In this document: piece by piece, positions 16,762 to 26,233 of the stretch
How the letters are laid out: every line of letters begins with the position of its first letter
How positions within the stretch are numbered: the stretch's first letter is position 1
NCBI GenBank assembly: GCA_042577545.1
Contig: JBHPDT010000001.1
Coordinates: 15,453 to 79,452 of the forward strand
DNA from: Candidatus Omnitrophota bacterium
GTDB taxonomy: Bacteria > Omnitrophota > Gorgyraeia > JABMRG01
Direction of reading: 5' to 3'
Length of the DNA stretch: 64,000 nucleotides
Notes under the pieces: generated by a model
The model's input: the letters and a program-made list of their open reading frames with translations, nothing else
Told to the model about the DNA's origin: nothing
Databases searched by the model: none
Position numbers and translations under genes: made by a program

Positions 16762-18336
16762 ATGGCCAAAACCTCAATAGGTGTATATATAAGTTCAGAA
16801 TATGTTGATGTCGCTGAGTTGAGCGGATCAAAGAATTCAGCTCGAATAGAGCATCTTATTCGAGAGGAGATAAAATCTGAGCCCCCAAAGCCCTCTGATA
16901 AACCTGAAGACGAGCAGATCTTGCTTAAGAACGCGATTGTCCAAGCGCTTAAGAAGAGCCTCTTGCAGGTTAAATCGAACTCATCAAGCATCAATATATC
17001 ATTGTCCTCAACAGATGTGATGATCCGATACTTTGATATGCCTCAGCTTCCAAGATCAGAGCAGAATCAGGCGATCAGATTTGAAGCTAGAAAGTATGTT
17101 CCATTTAAGCTAGATGAGATAATGAGTGATTTTAAGGTGCTGCCTCCTGCTAAAGGTAAGAAGATGATGGAGGTATTTTTTATAGCGGCCGCTAAAGACA
17201 AGATAAACTCTTATGTTGAATTATGTAAAGCAGGTGGGACACAGGCGGGCGGAGTAGATATAGTTCCATTTGCGCTTATGCGAATAATTCTACTGTGCAA
17301 GCTGGCTAAGCCCAAAGACAATATATGCTTATTATATGTAGATAATGATAAGAAGTCCGCGTTTATTCATATTATGGAATCTGGGATGCCATTTTTAACC
17401 AGAGACTTAAAGATTGATGTCAATGACAAAGATTCATTGTTTGAGAAGCTGGCTAGTGAGTTAAGGATATCTGTCGATTATTATAACAGGTACAAGTTAG
17501 ATAAAGAGGTCTCAAAGATTGTCATGTGCGGGGAGCATCTCTTTGAAGGATTGGATGCATATCTTGCTGATGAGCTTAAGATCGTAGCCGAGACCCTAGA
17601 TGACATGCCTGGCTTGAAAGATGCAAAGCGCGGGGCATCTTCAGCGGTTGTAGCTATAGGTACCGCTCTTGGAGGACTAGGTAGATCTACCTACAGCGTT
17701 AATCTTTCTCCTGTTGCCAAGGCAATAAAGAAGAAACAGATAAATAATGTAATAGTAGTTGAGGCTATCGCCTCCGTATTTATTATAATAGGCGCTATCA
17801 TCTTAAGCGGTATCCAGATAAGCAATAGAGGGCTTAAGCTGGATTCGATAGTAAAAGAGGGGAGCAATCTTCCAGCGCCCACATCTGGATTAGACTCAAA
17901 GACCCTCGATGTATTTAAGAGAAAATCGTTAAAAGAATTAAATTTTTTGATTCTTATGGTAAATAGCAGAGTTTCCTGGGCTCAAAAACTCGACCGCATA
18001 GTAAAAAATATCCCTGATAGCTGTTGGATAAGTGACCTTTCGGCGATTAAAGAGTTTACGCGCGGTAAAATTGGTTATCCGACTGCCGTAGCGCACGATT
18101 TACAGATATCAGGTAGAAGCTTCGTCGTAGACAGAGCTAGGCAGGCGGAACATATAAAAGCATTTTTAGCCACTCTAAAAAAAGACGAGGCCTTTATGGC
18201 TAATTTCCAAGACATAGGATTAGGTGAGATCGAGCCGAGGCAGGTCAGGGATTATTGGATAAGTTATTTTAATGTCTCTACACAACGCGAGAAGAGTGAA
18301 GCAAAAATAGAGAAAAAACAGACAAGCAAATGGTAA
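16762..18336 (+). CDS. pilM: PilM-PilN fusion protein (GspL-like architecture)
   Basis: N-terminal actin-like PilM region (~330 aa), one TM (VIVVEAIASVFIIIGAIILSGI), then a periplasmic PilN-type ferredoxin-like C-terminus (..CWISDLS..LQISGRSF..FLATLKKDEAF). Confidence 0.7.
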   Translation: MAKTSIGVYISSEYVDVAELSGSKNSARIEHLIREEIKSEPPKPSDKPEDEQILLKNAIVQALKKSLLQVKSNSSSINISLSSTDVMIRYFDMPQLPRSEQNQAIRFEARKYVPFKLDEIMSDFKVLPPAKGKKMMEVFFIAAAKDKINSYVELCKAGGTQAGGVDIVPFALMRIILLCKLAKPKDNICLLYVDNDKKSAFIHIMESGMPFLTRDLKIDVNDKDSLFEKLASELRISVDYYNRYKLDKEVSKIVMCGEHLFEGLDAYLADELKIVAETLDDMPGLKDAKRGASSAVVAIGTALGGLGRSTYSVNLSPVAKAIKKKQINNVIVVEAIASVFIIIGAIILSGIQISNRGLKLDSIVKEGSNLPAPTSGLDSKTLDVFKRKSLKELNFLILMVNSRVSWAQKLDRIVKNIPDSCWISDLSAIKEFTRGKIGYPTAVAHDLQISGRSFVVDRARQAEHIKAFLATLKKDEAFMANFQDIGLGEIEPRQVRDYWISYFNVSTQREKSEAKIEKKQTSKW

Positions 18337-18899
18337 AACAACCGAATATAAAAATTGATGATAATGCCAAGATTATAATTACAGCTTCGACGATATTTTT
18401 TGTAACTATATTCGCGTGTTTCTTGATAAACAAGGTCCGTTCCCAGAAACTTGAGGCTATAAAGCTTGAGATTATCGAGGCAAGGAAACAGCTTGTTCTC
18501 AGAAGAGACCTAGAGAAGATAGCTATAATAAAAGGAAAGTACGCGCTACTTTTTTACAAGGAGACGGCGCCTAATGTTTTAAGAAACAAGATCTCCTCGC
18601 TTGTGAACAATTCAGGCCTCTCGTTATTATCTATAGAAACTAATCCTACTGTGTCAATAAATATGTATACAAAGACCCCCTTTGATATTAAATTAAGGGG
18701 AAGCTATAGGCAATTAGCTCAATTTTTGGAAAAGGTAGAGACGCTACCAGAGCTTACAATGGTAGACAACATCTTTTTAACAAGCGCTGGCGATTATCAT
18801 AATATGTCTAAAAAAGATATATCGAAAATAAATTTTAATAAAGAGACCGAGACCGACATCTCACTCTTAATAAGCACCTATTCTTATACAGGTAAGTGA
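18330..18899 (+). CDS. pilO: PilO-like pilus assembly protein
   Basis: N-terminal TM (IIITASTIFFVTIFACFLI), coiled coil, C-terminal block PFDIKLRGSYRQLAQFLEKVETLPELT typical of PilO. Confidence 0.55.
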   Translation: MVKQPNIKIDDNAKIIITASTIFFVTIFACFLINKVRSQKLEAIKLEIIEARKQLVLRRDLEKIAIIKGKYALLFYKETAPNVLRNKISSLVNNSGLSLLSIETNPTVSINMYTKTPFDIKLRGSYRQLAQFLEKVETLPELTMVDNIFLTSAGDYHNMSKKDISKINFNKETETDISLLISTYSYTGK

Positions 18900-18909
18900 A
18901 TTTGTTGAT

Positions 18910-19377
18910 ATGGAAAAGAAAAAATTAGAACAGACTATAGTAATAATTCTTGTGCCGGTTTTTATAATCAGCTTAATTATAACTTTTTTTGGAAAAACCG
19001 GGTTTAAGAAACCATTTGTTAAGAAGCCTAAGATAGAAGAGGAGATAAGAGAGGATGAGTCTATCGATAAGCTGCCAAGCCCGAAAGATTTTCCCCTTAT
19101 CAAGTATGAGGGCACGGGCAAAGATCCTTTAAGGGATCTTTATCTTTTACATCTTTCAAGGATAAAGACGCCGACGAAAACCAATAGGCCTAAGAGACCT
19201 CTTCCTCAGCTTAAGATAGAAGGACTTATCTGGAATTCAGATATGCCTCAGGCGATAGTTGGCGGTAAAGTTATAAATATAGGAGATAGCATATTGGACG
19301 CAAAGGTCGTAGGAATCAGTAAAGAAGGCATAACATTAGAATATTACGAAGAGGTGGTACTTGTTCCCAGAAAGTAA
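18910..19377 (+). CDS. PilP/GspC-HR-like small periplasmic pilus assembly protein
   Basis: N-terminal TM, Pro/Lys-rich linker, C-terminal beta-rich block LKIEGLIWNSDMPQAIVGGKVINIGDSILDAKVVGISKEGITL. Located between pilO and pilQ. Confidence 0.4.
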   Translation: MEKKKLEQTIVIILVPVFIISLIITFFGKTGFKKPFVKKPKIEEEIREDESIDKLPSPKDFPLIKYEGTGKDPLRDLYLLHLSRIKTPTKTNRPKRPLPQLKIEGLIWNSDMPQAIVGGKVINIGDSILDAKVVGISKEGITLEYYEEVVLVPRK

Positions 19378-19397
19378 TCAATTAAGGAGAACAAAAG

Positions 19398-20948
19398 ATG
19401 ATTAAGAGATATTTTACCAGAGATTCCAGGTGGGTTAGATTATTAGTAGTGATAGTTTTTTTGTTCGGATTTGTTAACAACATGAATGCCCAGGAGGCTC
19501 GACGAGTCTCGATGGATTTTCAGGATGCCGCATTAAAAGATGTCCTAAAGATATTCTCCCAGCAAGCTGGATTGAATTTTGTGGCTACAGAGAATATTGA
19601 ATCTAAGAGGATAACCCTATACCTAGATGGAGTATCTGTGCAGGACGCTCTTGATTCGATTATCTCAGCGAATAATCTTACATATGAGCAGGCTCCTGGG
19701 AGCGCTGTCTTCATCGTAAAGGAATCAGGAAGAGCCAGGGTTGAGATGCTGACAAAGGTATATCCTATTAATTTTGCCCGACTATCAGATGTAGCTGTAA
19801 CAGGCAGCGGTAAGTCACAGATATCGGATATTAAGACTGTGCTTGAGACTATTCTTTCAAAGAATGCCAGCGGCCAGCCTTTTGGGAATATTGTTGTAGA
19901 TAAGAGGACTAATAGTATCGTTGTTACATCTATAGCCGATGATTTTTCTGTAATAGAAGAGACTATAAATAAGCTTGATACATTGACTCCCCAGGCGCTT
20001 ATTGAAGCTGAGATAGTTGAGATAAAGACCAATGCTTTAAAGAGTCTGGGGCTTGAGTGGGGAGGAACAAGTGATGGTACATTTGTCTCTTTTACAGGAC
20101 CTATACGAAGCACAAAGTTTCCATTTATAAGAAAATCCGGGCCTTTTGTTGATAGGTTGATTTCAGGGGCCGAAGATAGCCATACATTAGGTACTATGTC
20201 ATTGGCTGAATTCTCACTTGTAATTAAGGCGCTTGAGACTGAAGGTAATGCTCAATATCTGGCTAAGCCAAGAATAATGGCGTTAAATAATGAGACCGCT
20301 GAGATAAAGATAACATCAGATACGGTAGTAGGTGTCAAGAGAACGAGTGTAACAGATACAGGCGAGGTAATAGAAGAAGCGGAGAGAGTAGAGACAGGGA
20401 TTACCCTTAAGGTTACCCCTACTATTAATAAGGAAGGTTATGTAACAATGACGTTAGAGCCAGAGGTTTCAAGGGCTATTCAGTCGAATTTCTTTTCGCA
20501 GTTTGTCGATCCCGCAAAACGAAGCGCAAAGACTACTGTTATGGTAAAGAACGGCCAGACGATAGCTATCGGCGGACTTCTCCAGACAGATGAAGAAAAT
20601 TCTAACAGGCAGACCCCATATGTTAGTCATATACCATTCCTAGGAAAGCTTTTTAGGCGAAAACAAGATACCATATCTAAGACAGAGCTCATTATATTTA
20701 TTACAGCTCACATGATAAAGGATGTTACAGAGATTCTCCCAGAGCCGGTGGAGGATTTTACGACACAGAAGGAAGAGGCGGATCTGGTCTTAGGTGATGC
20801 CCCTGTCTTGGAAAGAGAGTTGCTGGGCGCTCCTGTCCAAGAGCCACCTTTTACAGAGGATGAGAAGAAGGTTGCTGATATAAGAGAAGAAGAGATAAAG
20901 AAGACAGTGTTACGGCTTAGGAAGAAAAGAGATATATCCAAAAGATAG
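19398..20948 (+). CDS. pilQ: Secretin (PilQ/GspD family)
   Basis: Signal sequence. N-terminal STN-like block (MDFQDAALKDVLKIFSQQAGLNFV). C-terminal secretin domain (GQTIAIGGLL..IPFLGKLFRRK..TELIIFITAHMI). Confidence 0.85.
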   Translation: MIKRYFTRDSRWVRLLVVIVFLFGFVNNMNAQEARRVSMDFQDAALKDVLKIFSQQAGLNFVATENIESKRITLYLDGVSVQDALDSIISANNLTYEQAPGSAVFIVKESGRARVEMLTKVYPINFARLSDVAVTGSGKSQISDIKTVLETILSKNASGQPFGNIVVDKRTNSIVVTSIADDFSVIEETINKLDTLTPQALIEAEIVEIKTNALKSLGLEWGGTSDGTFVSFTGPIRSTKFPFIRKSGPFVDRLISGAEDSHTLGTMSLAEFSLVIKALETEGNAQYLAKPRIMALNNETAEIKITSDTVVGVKRTSVTDTGEVIEEAERVETGITLKVTPTINKEGYVTMTLEPEVSRAIQSNFFSQFVDPAKRSAKTTVMVKNGQTIAIGGLLQTDEENSNRQTPYVSHIPFLGKLFRRKQDTISKTELIIFITAHMIKDVTEILPEPVEDFTTQKEEADLVLGDAPVLERELLGAPVQEPPFTEDEKKVADIREEEIKKTVLRLRKKRDISKR

Positions 20949-20975
20949 TAATCAGTTAGGTGATTAGATAAATAT

Positions 20976-22673
20976 ATGCGTAAATCTAAACTTAGAATAG
21001 GTGAGATCCTCTTAAAGGAAGGGTTGATAACCCAGCTTCAGCTTGATGAGGCTCTCAGATTCCAGAAATTCAGCGGCAGACCCTTGGGTGATATAGTAGT
21101 TGACAGGGGTTTTGCATCTGAAAAGGATCTTGCTATAGCTCTTGCAAAACAGCTTGATATACCGTTCGTCTCAATATCAGATGGTTCTTTAGTGCCCTCT
21201 AGCAAAGATGAATTAGAAAAGCTTGTTCCTGGCACTTTTGCAAGGCAGCAGCTGCTTCTTGCTTTAAGCAAACATTTAAAGTCACTTACCGTAGCTTTTG
21301 CAAACCCGCTTGATTTTTTAGCCTCAGATAATTTAACAAAGATCACAGGATGTGATGTAAATCCGGTTATAGCGACAAAGACCGATCTAAGAGAGGCGAT
21401 AACGAGATTCTATGGAGATAAGGACCTCTTGCAGGAGGCTGTTGATGAGTCATATGATTCTGGAGAAGGCATAGAGATTGAGGTGCCACGAGAGAGGCAG
21501 ACTCTTGAGGATGTTGTAGCCCAGGCAGAAGAGGCGCCTGTTATAAAACTCGTTAATCTTCTTCTGATACAAGCTGTTAAAGACAAAGCGAGCGATATAC
21601 ATATTGAGCCATTTAGAAACAAGATAACTGTAAGGATAAGGATAGATGGCGTTCTGCATCAGATAGCGCCGCCGTCACAGCATCTCTTGCCTGCTCTTAT
21701 ATCGAGAGTCAAGATTCTCTCTAAGATGGATATTGCTGAAAAGCGATTGCCCCAGGATGGTGGTTTTACAGTTAGAGTTCAAGATAGAGCCATAGATCTT
21801 AGGGTCTCTACAGTCCCTACTCTTTATGGTGAGAAGGCTGTACTTAGGATTCTTGATAAGGGCGCTATATCACTTAAATTAGAGAAGCTCGGTTTTTCAG
21901 ATCAGGATTTAGCTAATTTTAAGGATTGTATTGTAAAGCCGTATGGCCTTATATTTATAACAGGGCCTACAGGTAGCGGCAAATCTACCACACTCTATTC
22001 CGCTTTAAATTTGATTAAGAGTCCGAAAAAGAATATTATTACTGTTGAAGATCCTGTAGAATATCAGATGGCTGGATTGAATCAGGTGCAAGTTAAGCCT
22101 AAGATAGGATTAACATTCGCTGCAGGTTTGAGAGCTTTCTTAAGGCAAGATCCTGATATAATAATGGTTGGTGAGGTACGAGATCTTGAGACAGCTGAGA
22201 TATGTGTAAGGGCTGCTCTAACAGGCCATCTTGTGCTTAGTACCTTGCATACCAATGATGCTTCCTCAGCCATAACCAGGCTTGTTGATATTGGGGTTGA
22301 ACCCTACCTTGTCGCCTCAGGTATGCTCCTTATTATGGCTCAGCGCCTTATAAGAAGGCTCTGTCTTAAATGCAAAGAGCCTACAGAACTTCCGAATGAA
22401 TTGATAGAAAAGTATAAGATGCCAAAGAAGAGTGTTTTTAAGGCTAAGGGGTGTGAGGAGTGCAGATATACGGGTTATTCAGGGAGAACAGCTATACACG
22501 AACTTTTAGTCGTAAATCAGACTTTAAGAGAGCTGATATCGCGTAACCCCCCAACCTCTGAGATTAAAGAAGCGGCAAGAGGCTTTGGGATGAAGACATT
22601 AGTTGAGGATGGCCTTAGCAAAGTGGTAGAAGGCGCAACAAGTGCAGAAGAGGTCATGAGCGTCGTGTTTTGA
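20976..22673 (+). CDS. pilB: Type IV pilus / T2SS assembly ATPase (PilB/GspE family)
   Basis: N-terminal MshEN/T2SSE_N-like domain, Walker A GPTGSGKST, Walker B/Asp and His boxes (DPDIIMVGEVRD, TGHLVLSTLHTN), tetracysteine CLKC..CEEC. Confidence 0.9.
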   Translation: MRKSKLRIGEILLKEGLITQLQLDEALRFQKFSGRPLGDIVVDRGFASEKDLAIALAKQLDIPFVSISDGSLVPSSKDELEKLVPGTFARQQLLLALSKHLKSLTVAFANPLDFLASDNLTKITGCDVNPVIATKTDLREAITRFYGDKDLLQEAVDESYDSGEGIEIEVPRERQTLEDVVAQAEEAPVIKLVNLLLIQAVKDKASDIHIEPFRNKITVRIRIDGVLHQIAPPSQHLLPALISRVKILSKMDIAEKRLPQDGGFTVRVQDRAIDLRVSTVPTLYGEKAVLRILDKGAISLKLEKLGFSDQDLANFKDCIVKPYGLIFITGPTGSGKSTTLYSALNLIKSPKKNIITVEDPVEYQMAGLNQVQVKPKIGLTFAAGLRAFLRQDPDIIMVGEVRDLETAEICVRAALTGHLVLSTLHTNDASSAITRLVDIGVEPYLVASGMLLIMAQRLIRRLCLKCKEPTELPNELIEKYKMPKKSVFKAKGCEECRYTGYSGRTAIHELLVVNQTLRELISRNPPTSEIKEAARGFGMKTLVEDGLSKVVEGATSAEEVMSVVF

Positions 22674-22687
22674 GGAGTGTACTAGAG

Positions 22688-22925
22688 AAACCAGAAACCT
22701 GTAACCAGTAACCAGGTCAGTCTAACAACATGTTCTTATATATTAGTAAGCAGAAACCTGTAACCAGAAACCAGAAAAAACATCTATATCGCCTGATCTG
22801 GTAATTGGCAACCGGTCAAAAAAGGAATTGGCTTATCATTAATCTGGTAACTGGTTACTGGCAACTGGTCAAAAAAGGAACTAGTTTAACTTTATCTGGT
22901 AACTGGTTACTGGCAACTGGTTACT
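22688..22925. repeat. Composite CTGGTNN-word element: two AACCAG arrays and three direct CTGGT-array units
   Basis: aaaccagaaacctgtaaccagtaaccagg (22688-22716), cagaaacctgtaaccagaaaccag (22751-22774), then three direct units starting atctggtaa at 22796, 22842 and 22894. The first two end in gtcaaaaaaggaa. Confidence 0.85.
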
Positions 22926-22950
22926 TATTATACATATTGCAAAGGAACAC

Positions 22951-24171
22951 ATGCCAAGATATAAATATATAGCGCGACAGAGAGATGGCAAGCCTGATGA
23001 AGGCTATTTTGAGGCGATGAACGACGATGAGCTTATAGGTGTTCTGCAGGCAAGAGGCCTTACTGTGATCAGTTTTAGGCAGGATAAGCAGAGGGCTGAG
23101 AGATCTGATGCGCCAAAAAAACATAAGATGCGCAATAAGGTTAAGATCGATGATCTTATTACTTTTGCAAAACAGCTCGGAGCCTTACTCAGCGCAGGCA
23201 TTACTCTCTTAAGAAGCTTAGAGATAATAAGTCTTCAGGTCGAAAGCCAGAAATTATTCAATGCGCTTGAGACTATTAAAGCGGATGTGTCAGCCGGTAA
23301 TAGCCTAAAATCATCTATAGCAAAACACTCTAAGATATTTTCAAATCTCTGGATCAATATAATAGAGACTGGTGAGACGACAGGTCAGCTACCCTTTGCC
23401 CTGGAGCAGCTTACTGTCTATCTTGAATCATCCGCGTCTCTTCAGCGAAAGATAAAGAGCGCAATGGTCTATCCTTCAATTGTTATCGGTGTTGCTACTA
23501 TAGCTGTGACAGTCTTTATAGTAAAGATAATTCCGATGTTTGCTGAGATATATAAAGATTTTGGCGCGGATCTACCCGCATTTACTGATATGGTATTTGG
23601 CGTCTGCCTGGGTATAAAAAAATATCTTCTATTGGTTGTAGGAGTTGTAGTAGCTATGGGCGCGGGCCTGCATTATTACAGACGCACATATGGCGGCAGA
23701 AGAGCCATAGACAGTTTTTTATTAAGATTGGCCATAATCGGTAATGTAATAAGAGAGATAGCTGCTGTAAGATTTGCCAGCGGCCTTAATATGCTTATTA
23801 AGAGCGGCACACCTATTATACACGCCTTAGATATAGTTATGGAGACCTCCGGTAATGTGATAATAAAAGATATGCTTGGAAAAGTTAAGCAGAATGTACG
23901 GGAAGGAAAGAGTATGGCCCAACCCCTGCTTGAGGGGGGCCTATTTCCTGATATGCTAGCGCACATGGTCTCAGTGGGGGAGGAGTCTGGTGAGCTTGCC
24001 AGCATGCTTGATAGCGCGGCAAAGTTCTATGACGAGCGAGTTACTGAAACTGTGGCAAGAATGACAACTATGTTTGAGCCGATACTAATGGTGGTTATAG
24101 GAGGCATAGTTGGTGTATTGGTAATTGCTATGTTTCTTCCAATATTTGGCTTATCTGGTGCTATGGGATAA
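22951..24171 (+). CDS. pilC: Type IV pilus / T2SS platform protein (PilC/GspF family)
   Basis: Two T2SSF repeats (..LSAGITLLRSLEI.. and ..IKSGTPIIHALDI..), three TM segments, 406 aa. Confidence 0.9.
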   Translation: MPRYKYIARQRDGKPDEGYFEAMNDDELIGVLQARGLTVISFRQDKQRAERSDAPKKHKMRNKVKIDDLITFAKQLGALLSAGITLLRSLEIISLQVESQKLFNALETIKADVSAGNSLKSSIAKHSKIFSNLWINIIETGETTGQLPFALEQLTVYLESSASLQRKIKSAMVYPSIVIGVATIAVTVFIVKIIPMFAEIYKDFGADLPAFTDMVFGVCLGIKKYLLLVVGVVVAMGAGLHYYRRTYGGRRAIDSFLLRLAIIGNVIREIAAVRFASGLNMLIKSGTPIIHALDIVMETSGNVIIKDMLGKVKQNVREGKSMAQPLLEGGLFPDMLAHMVSVGEESGELASMLDSAAKFYDERVTETVARMTTMFEPILMVVIGGIVGVLVIAMFLPIFGLSGAMG

Positions 24172-24197
24172 AAATTAATTTTTCATCAGATTTAAGC

Positions 24198-24226
24198 TTG
24201 ACATAGATCAGTACCAAATGTATAAT
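24198..24226 (+). promoter_or_regulatory. Consensus sigma70 promoter of the pilin gene
   Basis: TTGACA (24198-24203), 17-nt spacer tagatcagtaccaaatg, TATAAT (24221-24226). Strong RBS aaggagg before ATG 24268. Confidence 0.75.
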
Positions 24227-24267
24227 GTGAGAAAAGTTAATAAAGTCGAAAAAAAGGAGGTAGGGGG

Positions 24268-24660
24268 ATGAGAAAAGGTTTTACGTTAATCGAAGTTCTT
24301 ATCGTTGTTATTATTTTAGGTATACTCGCTACAATAGCTGTTCCCCAGTTTGTTAAGATCGTGGAGAAGGCAAGAAGAGCAGAGGCTGTAACGAATATAT
24401 CAGGTATCAGAACAGCGCTGGCTATCTATTATTTGGAAGAAGAAGGGTATCAGGCCTTAGGTACTGCTAGTGAAATCGAGGGAAATTTAGATGTTCAAGT
24501 AACTGAGAATAACTGGGCATATACAGTAACTGCTCCTACTACGACAACTTATACAGTTGTAGCTACTCGTGATGCTACCAGCGGCTGGGGTGGCCAGACT
24601 ATAATAATGGATCAGGCTGGAGCATATACTGGTAATTATGAATTTGTTCCTAATAATTAG
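24268..24660 (+). CDS. Type IV pilin / GspG-like pseudopilin
   Basis: Prepilin leader MRKG|FTLIEVL with Glu+5 and a hydrophobic alpha1 helix. No Cys pair. Thr run APTTTTYT in the globular part. Confidence 0.8.
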   Translation: MRKGFTLIEVLIVVIILGILATIAVPQFVKIVEKARRAEAVTNISGIRTALAIYYLEEEGYQALGTASEIEGNLDVQVTENNWAYTVTAPTTTTYTVVATRDATSGWGGQTIIMDQAGAYTGNYEFVPNN

Positions 24661-24700
24661 CGCTGATAGTTGAGATTTTGTCTTAGAATTTTTTAAAAAA

Positions 24701-24737
24701 AAGGGCATGCTTATCAAAAGCATGCCCTTTTAGTTTT
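24701..24737 (+). terminator. Rho-independent terminator after the pilin gene
   Basis: aagggcatgctt - atca - aagcatgccctt (12-bp perfect stem) followed by ttagttttt. Confidence 0.8.
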
Positions 24738-24902
24738 TACTAGATATTTCCCTCATATTCTTGTACAATATAGTTTGATCACTACTAACTCTAATATATT
24801 TAATCCATATTTTTTTAAGAGGTATTATTTCCGCGAATATCCTACACTTAGTATAACTATAATTCACCAATTTCAAAAGAAATAAAAAAAGTCTAAGTTT
24901 AT

Positions 24903-26195
24903 ATGAAAAAAATACTAATTATAGCGCATCCTTTTCTTCCCTTTGATGAAGGCGGCAGCGTAGTAAGGGTTATGAAGTTTCTTAAATACCTGCCTGAATT
25001 TAAGTGGAGGCCCGTGGTCTTAACTGTAAGAGATAATTCTGTTAATTCTCCATCCGCGTGGGCTGCTTTTGATAATTTACGAGCTACTATACGAGTGCAT
25101 AGAGCTTTCTGCTTAAACTTATTGAGCAGGTGTAAATATAGATCATATAAAACGAATAAAGCCGCAAAGAGATCTTATCCAGGCGATCTTCGTAAAGAAA
25201 AGAGATTTTCTGGAAGATGGAGCAGGGTTGTACACCCCTGGTTTTTGTTTCCAGATACCGCTATTGAGTGGTTACCCTTTGGGTTGATCAAGGCCTGCTC
25301 AGTTATGCAGAAAGAGGGCGTAGATATTATATTTTCTACTTCTCCTTACACAACAAATCATATAATAGGACTTCTGTTGAAAAAATTATTTGATAAGCCA
25401 CTGGTTGTTGACTTTAGGGATAAGTGGGAATATTCCTTTCTTAAATATCCCACTCATTTTCATAAGATACTTAACGAATTTCTCGAAAAGAAGGTTTTGA
25501 TGGCTGCGGATAAGATTATAGTTGTATCTGAGCCGATGAGAAAAGATATCTTAGAGAGATATCAGTTTCTAAGTACGAAGAAGATAGAGGTTATAACCAA
25601 TGGTTTTGATCCGGATGATTTTTTGGATGTGAAGATAAAGGCGCATGATAAGTTTACAATTACGCATGCGGGAACATTTCATCGACCGCCAAAGGTGTTT
25701 CTTAAGGCTATCAAAAGCCTGATTAATGAGAAGCCTGAGCTTAAGAATCATTTTAGGATAGTATTTGTCGGAAGTTTTAGCGCAGATCTGATCAGGTCAA
25801 TTAAGGTGACGCAGCTGGAAGATATGGTTGAGGTGGTACCGTTTGTGGCTCATAGAAGAAGTATTGGATATATTCTCAATTCCGACTTGCTTCTCGTGAT
25901 CCCTGGTCCAGGAATAGAAACAATAACGGGAAAGGTTTTCGAGTATATCGCGTCCGGTAAACCTATATTGGCGTTGGCTGATCCAGGGGCTTGCGCGTCT
26001 TTGGTTAAGGAGACAAGATCTGGTTATGTTGTTGACCCATGCGATATTGATGCTATTAAGAATGCGGTTTGGCAATCTTACCTGTCATATAAAAGTAAGA
26101 ACTTAAATCCTGATTCAAGGACTTTAGAAATTAGTAGATTCCATCGCCGGAATCTTACTAAGGAATTGGCAGGGACATTGAATTCACTGCTATAA
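24903..26195 (+). CDS. Glycosyltransferase, GT-B fold (GT4-like)
   Basis: N-terminal KILIIAHPFLPFDEGGS and C-terminal donor-binding block GKVFEYIASGKPILAL typical of GT4 enzymes. Confidence 0.7.
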   Translation: MKKILIIAHPFLPFDEGGSVVRVMKFLKYLPEFKWRPVVLTVRDNSVNSPSAWAAFDNLRATIRVHRAFCLNLLSRCKYRSYKTNKAAKRSYPGDLRKEKRFSGRWSRVVHPWFLFPDTAIEWLPFGLIKACSVMQKEGVDIIFSTSPYTTNHIIGLLLKKLFDKPLVVDFRDKWEYSFLKYPTHFHKILNEFLEKKVLMAADKIIVVSEPMRKDILERYQFLSTKKIEVITNGFDPDDFLDVKIKAHDKFTITHAGTFHRPPKVFLKAIKSLINEKPELKNHFRIVFVGSFSADLIRSIKVTQLEDMVEVVPFVAHRRSIGYILNSDLLLVIPGPGIETITGKVFEYIASGKPILALADPGACASLVKETRSGYVVDPCDIDAIKNAVWQSYLSYKSKNLNPDSRTLEISRFHRRNLTKELAGTLNSLL

Positions 26196-26233
26196 GTAAG
26201 TTATTAAAGAATATCAGAAGAGGATAGCTGCAT

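Noticed and set aside
19520-20113. 197-aa minus-strand ORF, the longest antisense ORF in the window
   Set aside because: It lies entirely antisense to the well-supported pilQ secretin gene. Its composition is Ser/Ile-rich low complexity, it has no recognisable motif or RBS, and it is typical of a shadow ORF in an AT-rich genome.
22796-22930. Three direct repeats with short intervening sequence (also the 2 x 93 bp at 44449-44635) considered as a possible mini CRISPR array
   Set aside because: The repeat units are internally heptad-periodic and of unequal length. The 'spacers' are 0-25 nt and related to each other. No cas genes or leader are present, and the repeats are complementary to nearby arrays, so they are hairpin arms.
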